Shown one piece after another: positions 12,468 to 26,339 of a stretch of 64,000 nt of DNA. The position numbers and the translations under genes are program-made. The notes beneath the pieces were generated by a model. That model had not been told where the DNA came from and did not search any database. It was given only the letters and a program-made list of their open reading frames with translations. The stretch spans positions 620,001-684,000 of the forward strand of contig CAXHJY010000001.1 of the NCBI GenBank assembly GCA_964016885.1, read 5' to 3'. How positions within the stretch are numbered: the stretch's first letter is position 1; the number at the start of each line of letters is the position of its first letter. The DNA comes from Eledone cirrhosa. Lineage: Eukaryota.

Positions 12468-12990
12468 ATAATAATGAAATTATTGTGTACAGTGCTCAGG
12501 TGCACTACAACTCATCAAAGGTGCATGTATAGTACATAGAATAATGTTTAAATGTCAGGAAAAGGAACAGTGTATGAGTCATGAAATACATGTGTGCGTG
12601 TGTATGGAAGGGGGGACATCAGGTGCAGTGTTGACGAATCTCAGGAAGCATAGAGATTTTAAAGGATGCAGTGTCTCGACAGCTAACAACTGATGCAGGT
12701 AGTTTGTTCCATGGAGGTTTTAAAGGATGTAGTGTTTCGACAGCTAACAACTGATGCAATTAGTTTGTTCCATGGAGGTTTTAAAGGATGCAGTGTCTCG
12801 ACAGCTAACAACTGATGCAGGTAGTTTGTTCCATGGAGGTTTTAAAGGATGTGTCTCGACAGCTAACAACTGATGCAGGTAGTTTGTTCCATGCTTCAGC
12901 AACTCTGAGCTTGAAAAAATGTTTCCGAAAGTCATGGGAGCTGTGCTGTTTTCTGACTTTGTAGGCATATCCATGGGTGTTAGAAACATG
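12468..12990 (-). mobile_element. CR1-like LINE 3' end with a ~60-bp internal tandem expansion
   Basis: Minus strand encodes FRKHFFKLRVAEAWNKLPASVVSCRDTASFKTSM (CR1/L2-type RT C-terminus) with a (TAT)n tail. Related pieces near 16470, 27200, 33548 and 39699. Confidence 0.65.
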
Positions 12991-13074
12991 GAAATTAAGA
13001 TGATACAAATATAGTACAGATGATATAGATATAGTATAGATGACAACGCTATAATATAGATGATAGAATTGTGG

Positions 13075-15658
13075 TTGGTGTGGTCCTGGTTATAAGGTAG
13101 CAGCTGTCAGACAGGTGTGTTACAGTAGATGGTGTGGTCCTGGTTATAAAGTAGCACCTGTCAGACAGGTGTGTTACAGTAGATGGTGAAGTCCTGGTTA
13201 TAAGGTAGCACCTGTCAGACAGGTGTGTTACAGTAGATGGTGTGGTCCTGGTTATAAGGTAGCACCTGTCAGACAGGTGTGTTACAGTAGATGGTGTGGT
13301 CCTGGTTATAAGGTAGCACCTGTCAGACACGTGTGTTACAGTAGATGGTGTGATCCTGGTTATAAGGTATCATCTATCAGACAGGTGTGTTACAGTAGAT
13401 GGTGTGGTCCTGGTTATAAGGTAGCACCTGTCAGACAGGTGTGTTACAGTAGATGGTGAAGTCCTGGTTATAAGGTAGCACCTGTCAGACAGGTGTGTTA
13501 CAGTAGATGGTGTGGTCCTGGTTATAAGGTAGCAGCTGTCAGACAGGTGTGTTACAGTAGATGGTGTGGTCCTGGTTATAAAGTAGCACCTGTCAGACAG
13601 GTGTGTTACAGTAGATGGTGAAGTCCTGGTTATAAGGTAGCACCTGTCAGACAGGTGTGTTACAGTAGATGGTGTGGTCCTGGTTATAATGTAGCACCTG
13701 TCAGACAGGTGTGTTACAGTAGATGGTGTGGTCCTGGTTATATGGTAGCAGCTGTCAGACAGGTGTGTTACAGTAGATGGTGTGATCCTGGTTATAAGGT
13801 AGCACCTGTCAGACAGGTGTGTTACAGTAGATGGTGTGGTCCTGGTTATAAGGTATCATCTATCAGACAGGTGTGTTACAGTAGATGGTGTGGTCCTGGT
13901 TATAATGTAGCACCTGTCAGACAGGTGTGTTACAGTAGATGGTGTGGTCCTGGTTATATGGTAGGAGCTGTCAGACAGGTGTGTTACAGTAGATGGTGTG
14001 GTCCTGGTTATAAGGTAGCACCTGTCAGACAGGTGTGTTACAGTAGATGGTGTGGTCCTGGTTATAAGGTAGCACCTGTCAGACAGTTGTGTTACAGTAG
14101 ATGGTGTGGTCCTGGTTATAAGGTAGCACCTGTCAGACAGGTGTGTTACAGTAGATGGTGTGGTCCTGGTTATAAAGTAGCACCTGTCAGACAGGTGTGT
14201 TACAGTAGATGGTGAAGTCCTGGTTATAAGGTAGCACCTGTCAGACAGGTGTGTTACAGTAGATGCTGTGGTCCTGGTTATAATGTAGCACCTGTCAGAC
14301 AGGTGTGTTACAGTAGATGGTGTGGTCCTGGTTATATGGTAGCAGCTGTCAGACAGGTGTGTTACAGTAGATGGTGTGATCCTGGTTATAAGGTAGCACC
14401 TGTCAGACAGGTGTGTTACAGTAGATGGTGTGGTCCTGGTTATAAGGTATCATCTATCAGACAGGTGTGTTACAGTAGATGGTGTGGTCCTGGTTATAAT
14501 GTAGCACCTGTCAGACAGGTGTGTTACAGTAGATGGTGTGGTCCTGGTTATATGGTAGGAGCTGTCAGACAGGTGTGTTACAGTAGATGGTGTGGTCCTG
14601 GTTATAAGGTAGCACCTGTCAGACAGGTGTGTTACAGTAGATGGTGTGGTCCTGGTTATAAGGTAGCACCTGTCAGACAGTTGTGTTACAGTAGATGGTG
14701 TGGTCCTGGTTATAAGGTAGCAGCTGTCAGACAGGTGTGTTACAGTAGATGGTGTGGTCCTGGTTATATGGTAGTACCTGTCAGACAGTTGTGTTACAGT
14801 AGATGGTGTGGTCCTGGTTATAAGGTAGCACCTGTCAGACAGGTGTGTTACAGTAGATGGTGTGGTCCTGGTTATAAGGTATCATCTATCAGACAAGTGT
14901 GTTACAGTAGATAGTGTAGTCCTGGTTATAAGGTAGCAGCTGTCAGACAGGTGTGTTACAGTAGATGGTGTGGTCCTGGTTATAAGGTATCATCTTTCAG
15001 ACAGGTGTGTTACAGTAGATGGTGTGGTCCTGGTTATAAGGTAGCAGCTGTCAGACAGGTGTGTTACAGTAGATGGTGTGGTCCTGGTTATTAGGTAGCA
15101 CCTGTCAGACAGGTGTGTTACAGTAGATGGTGTGGTCCTGGTTATAAGGTAGCACATGTCAGACAGGTGTCTTACAGTAGATGCTGTGGTCCTGGTTATA
15201 AGGTATCATCTATCAGACAGGTGTGTTACAGTAGAAGGTGTGGTCTTGGTTATAAGGTAGCAGCTGTCAGACAGGTGTGTTACAGTAGATGGTGTGATCC
15301 TGGTTATAAGGTAGCACCTGTCAGACAGGTGTGTTACAGTAGATGGTGTTGTCCTGGTTATAAGGTATCATCTATCAGACAAGTGTGTTACAGTAGATAG
15401 TGTAGTCCTGGTTATAAGGTAGCACCTGTCAGACAGGTGTGTTACAGTAGATGGTGTGGTCCTGGTTATAAGGTATCATCTGTCAGACAGGTGTGTTACA
15501 GTAGATGGTGTGGTCCTGGTTATAAGGTAGCACCTGTCAGACACGTGTGTTACAGTAGATGGTGTGGTCCTGGTTATAAGGTATCATCTGTCAGACAGGT
15601 GTGTTACAGTAGATGGTGTGGTCCTGGTTATAAGGTAGCACCTGTCAGACACGTGTGT
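13075..15658. repeat. 54-bp satellite derived from the EGF exon 3' half (~48 units)
   Basis: Unit gtgtgttacagtagatggtgtggtcctggttataaggtagcacctgtcagacag versus exon gtgtgtgttctagtggaggatgtgctgctggttatgaaggtagcaactgtcagacag. Confidence 0.92.
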
Positions 15659-15881
15659 GCTCTTTTGTAGTTCTATTTCTTTAGAAAATCTACCAGACAA
15701 ATGGATGAATGTCATCTTCAGTCATGATGAAATGTATCCAGTAACATCTGAGAGGTCAGTAGCTCCGATTAAGTTCTGAGTCGGTCTCTGTTGACACATC
15801 CCACTCTTGGTTACAGGGGAAGTGAATGTTAAATGTTCATCATGAGGAAGATGTGAGTAGCAGGGGCAGTAGAGTTACAGA

Positions 15882-16101
15882 TTAACCCTTTAGCATTTAC
15901 ACTACTTCATATACACTATTATATTTTCACAGTAAAGGCTTTATCTCATATAATTATCTCACATAATATCAAATCTATGAGATTTTGATATTATCTATTT
16001 TGAGAACAATACCTTAACATAAGTATGAGCAGCCAGTTATGGCTGGTTTGAACAGAAAGAAGTGAGAGAATTGTGGCCGGTTTAAATTCTAAAGGTTTTA
16101 A
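15882..16101. mobile_element. TTAA-flanked MITE, second family (piggyBac-like)
   Basis: TTAACCCTTTAGCATTTA...TAAATTCTAAAGGTTTTAA; homologs at 23429-23656, 28965-31668 and ~31690-31839. Confidence 0.65.
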
Positions 16102-16664
16102 TGGGTTGTGATTTTGAGTTCTTTTTTAAAACGGTATTCAAATCCCACCAAAATCAACTTTTTCTGTCATACTTTTGGAGTAGATAGAATAATATAGCAG
16201 TGAAATACCATGCAATGGACTAGCATCCTGTCCAGGTGTGGGGAATACAGTGGACTCTGCTCAGTGTGATACCTACCGACAGTTAGAAGGACTGGGCTGT
16301 TGAATATACAAAAACAAAAAATGTCTAAAGTGTGTCTCGAGTGCTGAGGGTCATCAGGCCAGTGCTATCTATGGCATGAAGTGACTTAAAATACAAAACT
16401 TCCCCTGGACAGGGCACCAGTCCATCCCAAGGTTAAATCACCAGCTATTACTGGCACTGATCTCCAAGCTTCCTGAAATTCGCCAACACTACACCTGATA
16501 TCCCTCCTCCATACACACGTACATATGTTTATCATGACTCATACACTGTTCATTTTCCTGACATTTGTTCATTATTCTATGTGCTTTACATGCACCTTTG
16601 ATGAGTTATAGTGCACCTGAGCACTGTACACAATAATTTCACTATTATTATTATTATTATACTG

Positions 16665-16860
16665 GAGCGGTGGATTGTCAGTATTAGTAGAGAGTCGGAC
16701 GCCATGCTTTGAAGCATAGAGTTACGTCCCTTTATGATCTGAGTTCAAATCCCACCAAGGTTAACTTTGCCTTTCATCCTTACGGGGTCGATAAAATAAA
16801 GTACCAGTAATGTACTGGGTAATTGCTGGCCTTGTGTCAAAAGTAGAAACAATTATTATT
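16665..16860 (+). mobile_element. tRNA-derived SINE
   Basis: Box A-like and box B (GAGTTCAAATCC) motifs, conserved tttgcctttcatccttacggggtcgataaaataaagtaccagt body, (ATT)n tail. Other copies near 24062, 25600, 27555(-), 32981, 39134, 58418 and 59090(-). Confidence 0.8.
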
Positions 16861-17022
16861 ATACTGGAGCAACATGAATGGAAATACTTTTGCTCAAGAA
16901 CACAACACACAACCTAGTTGAGGAATAGAACTCACAACATTATGATTGTAAGTCCAACACCCTTACCACAAGGCCACACAAATACACACCAAAATATATA
17001 TTTGTTATTGATTGATTTGTAG

Positions 17023-17160
17023 GATGTAAGAGAGGAAAATTTGGACCAAACTGTCGAAACATGTGTCATTGTGCTGACAAGAGTAAATGTAAGCCACAGA
17101 CTGGTAGCTGCTCTAATGGAGGATGTGCTCCTGGATATGAAGGTGGCAACTGTCAGACAG
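17023..17160 (+). CDS. EGF exon G (intact)
   Basis: ttgtAG / GTAAGT; GCKRGKFGPNCRNMCHCADKSKCKPQTGSCSNGGCAPGYEGGNCQT. Confidence 0.88.
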
Positions 17161-17175
17161 GTAAGTGGTGTACTA

Positions 17176-18813
17176 TCATCATCATAAATATCATCATTGT
17201 TATTATCATCATCATCACTACTACCACCACTACCACAACCACAACCGCAACCACTACCCAACATCACTATCAACCACCACAACTCCCACTGCAACCACCA
17301 CCACCTCACCCACAACCACCACCAACCACCACCACCACCACCATACCCTGTACTACCACCACCACTACCAACCACTACCACCACCAACCACCACCATCAC
17401 CACCACCACCACCACCACCATAACCTGTACCACCACCACCACCACCACCACCAGCCACCACTGCCACTAACACCACCACCACTACCACCACTGCCATTAC
17501 CACCCCCACACCACTACTACCGCCACCACTACCACCACCACCACCATCATCACCATCATCACCACCACCACCACTGCCATTACCACCGCCACTACCACCA
17601 CCACCACCACTACCACCACCAACACTACCACCACCACTACCACCACCACTACCACCACCACCACTACCACCACCACCACTGCCACTACCACCACCACCAT
17701 CACCATCACCTCCACTACCACCACTGCCATTACCACCACCACTACCACCACTGCCATTACTACAAGCACTACCACCACCATCACTACCACTACCATCACC
17801 ACCACCACTACCACCACTACCACCACCACTACCACTACCACCACCACCACTACCACCACCACCACCACTACCACCACCACCACCACTACCACCACTACCA
17901 CCACCACCACTACCACCACCACCACCACCACCACCACTAACACCACTACCACCACCACCACTACCACCACTAACACCACCACCACCTCCATCACCACCAC
18001 CACCTCCACCACTACCACCACCACTACCACCACTACCACCACCACCACCACTACCGCCACCACCACCTCCACCACTACCACTACCACCACTACCACCACC
18101 ACCACCACCACCTCCACCACCACCTCCACTACCACTACCACCACCACCACCACTACCACCACTACCACCACAACCACCACCACCACCACCTCCACTACCA
18201 CCACCTTCACCACCACCAACTCTACTACCACCACCACCACTACCACCACCACCTCCACTACCACCACCACCACCACTACCACCACCACCACCACCACCAC
18301 CACCACTACCACCACTACCACCACCACTACCACCACTACCACCACCACCACCACTACCACCACCACCACCACTACCACCACCACTACCACCACCACCACC
18401 ACCATCACCACCACCTCCACTACCACCACTGCCATTACTACAACCACTACCACCACCATCACTACCGCCACCACCACCACCACCACATCGACCACCACCA
18501 CCACTACCACCACCACCATCACCATCACCTCCACTACCACCACTGCCATTACCACCGCCACTACCACCACTGCCATTACTACAACCACTACCACCACCAT
18601 CACTACCACCTCCATCACCACCACCACCACCACCACCACTACCACTACCACCACCACCACCACCACTACCACCACCACCACCACCACCACTACCACCACT
18701 ACCACCACCACCACTACCACCACTACCACCACCACCACTACCACCACTAACACCTCCATCACCGCCACCACCACTACCACTACCACCACCACCACCACCA
18801 CCTCCACTACCAC

Positions 18814-18844
<31 letters not shown>

Positions 18845-19317
18845 ACCACCACCTCCACTACCACCACCTCCACCACCACCACATCTACTACCACCACCAC
18901 TACCACCACCACCACCATCACCACCACCTCCACTACCACCACTGCCATTACTACAACCACTACCACCACCATCACTACCGCCACCACCACCACCACCACA
19001 TCGACCACCACCACCACTACCACCACCACCATCACCATCACCTCCACTACCACCACTGCCATTACCACCACCACTACCACCACTGCCATTACTACAACCA
19101 CTACCACCACCATCACTACCACCACCATCACCACCACCACCACCACCACCACCACTACCACCACCACCACTACCACCACCACCACCACCACCACTACCAC
19201 CACTACCACCACCACCACTACCACCACCACCACTACCACCACTAACACCACCACCACCTCCATCACCGCCACCACCACTACCACTACCACCACCACCACC
19301 ACCACCTCCACTACCAC

Positions 19318-19348
<31 letters not shown>

Positions 19349-20172
19349 ACCACCTCCACTACCACCACCTCCACCACCACCACCCCTACCACCACCACTA
19401 CCACCACCACCACCACCACCACTACCACCACCACTACCACCACTACCACCACCACTACCACCACCACTACCACCACCACCACCACCACCACCACCACCAC
19501 CACCTCCACTACCAGCACCTCCACCACCACTACCACCACCACTACCACCACTACCACCACCACTACCACCACCACCACCACCACCACCACCATCACCACC
19601 ACCTCCACTACCACCACTGCCATTACTACAACCTCTACCACCACCATCACTACCGCCACCACCACCACCACCACATCGACCACCACCACCACTACCACCA
19701 CCACCATCACCATCACCTCCACTACCACCACTGCCATTACCACCACCACTACCACCACTGCCATTACTACAACCACTACCACAACCATCACTACCACCAC
19801 CATCACCACCACCACTACCACCACCACCACTACCACTACCACCACCACCACTAACACCACCACCACCACCACTACCACCACTACCACCACCACCACTACC
19901 ACCACTAACACCACCACCACCTCCATCACCACCACCACCTCCACCACTACCACCACCACTACCACCACTACCACCACCACCCCCACTACCGCCACCACCA
20001 CCTCCACCATTACCACCACCACCACTACCACCACCACGACCTCCACCACCACCTCCACTACCACTACCACCACCACCACCACCACTACCACCACCACTAC
20101 AACCACTACCACCACCACCACCACCTCCACTACCACCACCTCCACCACCACCACCACCACTACCACCACCAC

Positions 20173-20203
<31 letters not shown>

Positions 20204-21005
20204 ACTACCACCACTACTACCACCACTACCACCACTACCACCACCACCACTACCACCACCACTACCACCACTACCACCACCACTACCACCACTACCACCA
20301 CCACCACCACCACCACCTCCACTACTACCACCTCCACCACCTACACCACTACCACCACCACCACCACCACTGCCACCACCACCACCACCACCATCACCAC
20401 CACCTCCACTACCACCACTGCCATTACTACAACCACTACCACCACCATCACTACCGCCACCACCACATCGACCACCACCACCACTACCACCACCACCATC
20501 ACCATCACCTCCACTACCACCACTGCCATTACCACCACCACTACCACCACCACTACCACCACCACCACCACCACCATCACCACCACCTCCACTACCACCA
20601 CTGCCATTACTACAACCACTACCACCACCATCACTACCGCCACCACCACCACATCGACCACCACCACCACTACCACCACCACCATCACCATCACCTCCAC
20701 TACCACCACTGCCATTACTACAACCACTACCACCACCATCACTACCACCTCCACCACCACTACCACCACCACCACTACCACCACCACCACCACTACCACC
20801 ACCACCACCACCACCACTACCACTACCACCACTACCACTACCACCACCACCACCACCACTACCACCACCACCACTACCACTACCACCACCACTGCCACCA
20901 CCGCCACCACCACATCGACCACCACCACCACTACCACCACCACCTACACTAACAGCACCACCACTACCACCACCACCTCCATTACCACCACCACCACCAC
21001 CACTA
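17176..21005. repeat. 3.8-kb imperfect (CCA/CTA)n trinucleotide tract with higher-order blocks
   Basis: Continuous CCA backbone with recurrent variant cassettes. Confidence 0.95.
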
Positions 21006-21044
21006 TTGTTGTTGATGATGTTTACTGTTATTTTTGTACATTCT

Positions 21045-22520
21045 CTACATTTCACATCTCACACAATTCACATCTATATTTCACATTATACAATCCACAC
21101 CTTTACATTTCACATATCCTACATTTCACATCACCTACATTTCACATCTCTTACCTTTCACATCCTTACATTTCACATCTCCTACATTTCACATCTCCTA
21201 CATTTCACATCTCCTACATTTCACATCCCTTACATTTCACATCTACATTTCACATCTCCTACATTTCACATCTCTTACATTTCACATCTACATTTCACAT
21301 CTCTTACATTTCACATCTCCTACATTTCACATCTCCTACATTTCACATCACCTACATTTCACATCTCTTACATTTCACATCCTTACATTTCACATCTCCT
21401 ACATTTCACATCTCCTACATTTCACATCTCCTACATTTCACATCTCTTACATTTCACATCTCCTACATTTCACATCTCCTACATTTCACATCTCTTACCT
21501 TTCATATCTCCTACATTTCACATCTCCTACATTTCACATCTCTTACATTTCACATATCCTACATTTCACATCTCCTACATTTCACATCTCTTACATTTCA
21601 CATCTCCTACATTTCACATCTCTTACATTTCACATCCTTTCATTTCACATCTGCTACATTTCACATCCTTACATTTCACATCTCCTACATTTCACATCTC
21701 TTACATTTCATATCTCTTACATTTCACATCTCTTACATTTCACATATCTTACATTTCACATCTCTTACATTTCACATCTCTTACATTTCACATCTACTAC
21801 ATTTCACATCTACTACATTTCACATCTCCTACATTTCACATCTCCTACATTTCACATCCTTACATTTCACATCTCTTACATTTCACATCTCTTACATTTC
21901 ACATATCCTACATTTCACATCTCCTACATTTCACATCTCTTACATTTCACATCTCCTACATTTCACATATCTTACATTTCACATCCTTTCATTTCACATC
22001 TGCTACATTTCACATCCTTACATTTCACATCTCCTACATTTCACATCTCTTACATTTCATATCTCTTACATTTCACATCTCTTACATTTCACATATCTTA
22101 CATTTCACATCTCTTACATTTCACATCTCTTACATTTCACATCTACTACATTTCACATCTACTACATTTCACATCTCCTACATTTCACATCTACATTTCA
22201 CATCCTTACATTTCACATCTCCGACATTTCACATCTCTTACATTTCACATCTCTTACATTTCACATCTCTTACATTTCATATCTACTACATTTCACATCT
22301 CCTACATTTCACATCTCCTACATTCCTCATCCCTACATTTCACATCCTTACATTTCACATCTCCTACATTCCTCATCCTTACATTCCTCATCCCTACATT
22401 TCACATCTCCTACATTCCCCATCCCTACATTTCATACCCACTACATTTCATATTCCTACATTTCACATCCCATACATTTCACAACTCATACATTGTATAT
22501 CACATACATTTCACATCTCA
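21045..22520. repeat. ~16-bp minisatellite (tacatttcacatctcc/tt)
   Basis: Direct tandem repetition with shorter variants. Confidence 0.95.
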
Positions 22521-22561
22521 TTCCATCTAACTTCTATATTCTTCATATTTAATGTACCCAG

Positions 22562-22699
22562 AGTGTAGAAGTGGTAAATTTGGTGACAACTGTATTAACT
22601 TATGTCACCGTGCCAACAACAGCAAGTGTGACCCCATCACAGGTGTATGTTCCAGTGGTGGCTGTGAAGCTGGCTATCAAGGTAGCAATTGTCAGACAG
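22562..22699 (+). CDS. EGF exon H (open frame; one Cys>Arg)
   Basis: cccAG / GTGAGT; ECRSGKFGDNCINLCHRANNSKCDPITGVCSSGGCEAGYQGSNCQT. Confidence 0.85.
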
Positions 22700-23428
22700 G
22701 TGAGTCATTCAGTAGATCTTCTATGCTATTTGTATTTCTAGGTGAGCACATGGCACTTCAAAGTGAGATTCCAAACTTACCAAGGAAAGAGTGACATGAA
22801 AAGACCGAGGCTCCTTTGGGGTGCATTTTTGTCAGAGGCCAGTTAAACCTACATAGGTAGAGCTGTAACAACATGATAGGCCTGGGGTCCTTATTATTAA
22901 AACACCCAGAATATTTCCCATGGAGTGCATCCTTGTAGGCGGCCAGCCAAACCTACATAAATGTGAGCTGTAACAACAACATGATAGGCATGGTGTCCTT
23001 ACCATTGAAACACCCAGAATACTTCCTATGGGGTGACAACCTCATAGGAGGCCGACTAAGCCTATAAAGGTGCTTGTTTAAAAAAAATAAAACTTGACTA
23101 TAAACCAAATGGATACACCATTGTTTCTCTTCTTCACTGATACTCTCCCCATGTGCCTTCTCCTCCTGCTTTCCACCACTACTATATTGGACTCTGTTCC
23201 TCGGAGTATTCTAAGTTCATGCCACCTCCACTCAGACATTTTCAACTGACTCCTCTCTCTTCTTTTCGTCCCACATTTTGTATCCACTTGGTGCCACCCT
23301 AATTAGTATAATCTCTCAAGAACTGGTGCACCCAGGCCACTCAGTAAAGTGGTTGGTTGCAAGAGAAATACCCAACCAGTAAAACCAAGCCAAAACTATG
23401 TAAAGCACAAATGTACCTATGTTTTTAA

Positions 23429-23656
23429 TTAACCCTTTCGTGTTCAAACCGGCCCAAACCGGCCAGAATTCTCTACCTCTTTCTGTTGATATTGGCTGTA
23501 ACTGGTCGCTCAAACTGATGTGAAGGTATTGTTCTCAAAATAAATACTTTCAAAATCTCATAGATTCGATATTATGTGAGATAATTATGTGAGATAAAGC
23601 CTTTACCATGAAAATACAATATTATATATAGAGTAATGTGAATGGTAAAGGGTTAA
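23429..23656. mobile_element. TTAA-flanked MITE, second family
   Basis: TTAACCCTTT...AAAGGGTTAA termini; inverse orientation of 15882-16101. Confidence 0.7.
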
Positions 23657-24061
23657 TAATGATTTCTTAATTTTGGAGTAAAGAGAAAGTCAGTTGATTA
23701 TATCTACCCCAGTATTTAACTGGTACATTATTTTATCAAGCTTGTAAAAATGACATTCAAGTTTGACCTGAGCAAGATTTGAACTCAGAACTCAGAAGTT
23801 CTGCAAAGCATTTCATCCAACAAACACTCCAACAGTTCTGCCCATTTCTTTCCCTTTTACAACAAAAGGATGACATTGTTCATCTAGAAAACACACGTGG
23901 TGTTTATGAGGCTGTTTGCTGGCAAACAAACTGAATATTAATGATATTATAATACTATTATAACATTATTGTTATCCAGTGTATTACTAATAAAGTACCA
24001 GTAATACACTGGGATAATTGCTAGCCTTGTGCAAAAAGTAGAAATAATTATTATTGAATAG

Positions 24062-24260
24062 CGAGGGTGGTGGATTGGCAGTATCGGTAGAGCGTCAGAT
24101 GCCATGCTTTGCAGCATAGAGTTACGGTTCTTTACGGTCTGAGTTCAAATCCCGCCAAGGTTAACTTTGCCTTTCGTCCTTACGGGGTCGATAAAATAAA
24201 GTACCAGTAATGCACTGGGGTAATTGCTGGCCTTGTGTCAAAAGTCGAAACAATTCTTAT
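24062..24260 (+). mobile_element. tRNA-derived SINE
   Basis: TGGCAGTATCGG box A-like, GAGTTCAAATCC box B, shared SINE body. Confidence 0.8.
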
Positions 24261-24301
24261 TCACTCATGAATAAATAATAAATAATAGCTCTATATTTCA
24301 G

Positions 24302-24439
24302 AGTGCTCCAGTGGCAAGTTTGGTAAAGATTGTAGCTATAGCTGTCACTGCTATGACAATAGCACGTGTAACCCTAAATCTGGTACCTGTTCGAGTGGTG
24401 GGTGTACACCTGGCTATAAAGGTAACAACTGTCAAACAG
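24302..24439 (+). CDS. EGF exon I (intact)
   Basis: tttcAG / GTGAGT; ECSSGKFGKDCSYSCHCYDNSTCNPKSGTCSSGGCTPGYKGNNCQT. Missed by the ORF track. Confidence 0.88.
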
Positions 24440-24726
24440 GTGAGTGAAATGAAAGAAGCTAATTACTCTGTGCAACATATATGAATTCTTGTTTTATCTC
24501 TCAAAACTTTAGGTTGTTCTTTATTAGTCATTCCCAAAGTGGGATCCATGGAACCCAAGGGTTCTGCAAAGGAATGTCTGGGGTTCCATGAAAAAAAGGT
24601 AGAGAAGTATATTTATATTCAAAGCATATAAAAATATGAGACTTTGGGATTCCGCCAGAAGTTTCTGAACCAAAAAGGGTTTGCTTTTTTTTTTATTAAC
24701 AAACAATGTTTTTGTTTCTTTGAAAG

Positions 24727-24864
24727 TCTGCCAGAATGGTAGATTTGGCAGCAACTGTGAAGGTATATGTCACTGTGTAGACAGCAACAAATGTGACTCA
24801 GTGACAGGAATATGTTCTGACGGAAGATGTGTTGCTGGTTTTGAAGGAAGAAACTGCCAAAATG
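24727..24864 (+). CDS. EGF exon J (intact)
   Basis: gaaAG / GTGAGT; VCQNGRFGSNCEGICHCVDSNKCDSVTGICSDGRCVAGFEGRNCQN. Confidence 0.88.
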
Positions 24865-26339
24865 GTGAGTAAAACTAAATATCGAATTTCCATTCTGTCT
24901 TTTTTTCTAGGGGGGGGGGGGGGGGGGGGGGCAGATTTGTAAATTAAAATAAAAGCTGGTGAATTGACAGTATCTTTTTCAATATCTTTTATTCACCTCT
25001 TTATAATATGTAAGGATACTGTCAGTTGTTTACAGTTTAAACTAGTTATGAGATCAATGAACTGTCATCTCTATCTAACACTAACACAAGTGGTAAAGCT
25101 GTTGGATTTACAATCATAATGTTGTGGGTTTGGTTCCTGGACTTGGCTGTGCATTGCGTTCTTAAGCAAAACATTCTTGCGTAGTATACTCAGTTGAAAA
25201 TGAGTACCAGCAATTGCTGGGGGATTTTAAATTCCATCCTGCACAGGACAGGAGTCCTGTGCAGGATGGAATTCTATACTCTCAGTTGCTTCACACCATG
25301 GAAACCGAGATAAGCACATTCCACCCTTCTCTCAGGCATTGCATAACTAGGACTACACTATTTAATGTGTCCTTTCCTTTTTATCATACTAATCTATAAT
25401 TTGGCTGTTACTTGTTCTGAGTCTAAAGTCTGTCTCAAGCCTGGATGCTAATCAGGCCAGTGTTTACCTTGGTTTCCATGGTGTTAAGTGACTGACAGTA
25501 AACAATTCCAGCCTGGACAGGACACCAGTCCATTGCAGAGAAAACCCCCCAGCAATTGTTGATACTCATTTCCAACTGAGTATACTGAGTATATAGGCAG
25601 TGAATTGGCAGAGTCGTTAGAACATCAGATAGAATGCTTTGTGGTATTCGTTCCGACTCTCTGCTCTCTGAGTTCAAATCCCGCTGAGGTCAACTTTGCC
25701 TTTCATCCTTTTGATGTCAATAAAAAAGTACCAGTCTAGTACTGGGGTCGATTCTTCTTCTATATCTCTTTCTCATTTCCTCTCTCTCACTTTCTATCTT
25801 TCTCTGGAAGAAATCTGCTGTATTCAGGCCTGGTCAGGGATGGGCTCCGCCTGGCTTAAAATACCCAAGAAAGGATGTCTGTTAATACGGCACCTCTACA
25901 ACTCTGTCAGGAGTTACAGGACCATACATACATACTGAGTATAATGTTTTGCTCAAGAACATAATACACAACCCAGTCCAAGAATGAAACCCAGAACATG
26001 ATTGTAAGTTTAACACCATTTACACTTGTGTTAGTGTTAAATAGAGCATGAAAGTTTATTAGCTTTGTTGCAATTAGTTGAGACACAAAATAACTGGCAC
26101 AGTGTCCTTTCCTATTGTAAGAGGTGAATAAAAGAGTTCACACACACATACACATAAACACACACATGCACTCACACTCTAAAACACACAAACACACTCA
26201 CACACATACTCTTTCACACTCTTAAATGCTCAAATGTACTCACACACTAAAACACACAAACACACTCACATTAAAACACACAAATGCACTCACTCACACA
26301 CACTTAAACACAGTAATGTAAATGTTAAATAGATTAAGG

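Noticed and set aside
13223-15670. CYSRWCGPGYKVAPVRQV repeat protein
   Set aside because: Satellite translation that only partly keeps the EGF frame and contains scattered stops; no proper acceptor or 5' exon half.
17161-17423. Read-through of exon G into an Ile-rich transmembrane-like segment and Thr/Pro stalk
   Set aside because: Strong GTAAGT donor at 17161; the Ile run comes from an (ATC)n microsatellite.
17197-20943. Poly-His and poly-Val ORFs
   Set aside because: Alternative frames of the CCA/TGG microsatellite.
21006-22568. ~500-aa HFTSPTFHISYISHLL ORFs
   Set aside because: The 16-bp minisatellite has almost no G on the + strand and lacks TAA, so long open frames are expected.
24062-24160. 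tRNA gene
   Set aside because: Box A/B motifs belong to a multi-copy SINE head; no convincing cloverleaf.
24909-24932. Poly-G run as a functional G-quadruplex or splicing enhancer
   Set aside because: A single homopolymer of uncertain length with no supporting evidence from the sequence alone.
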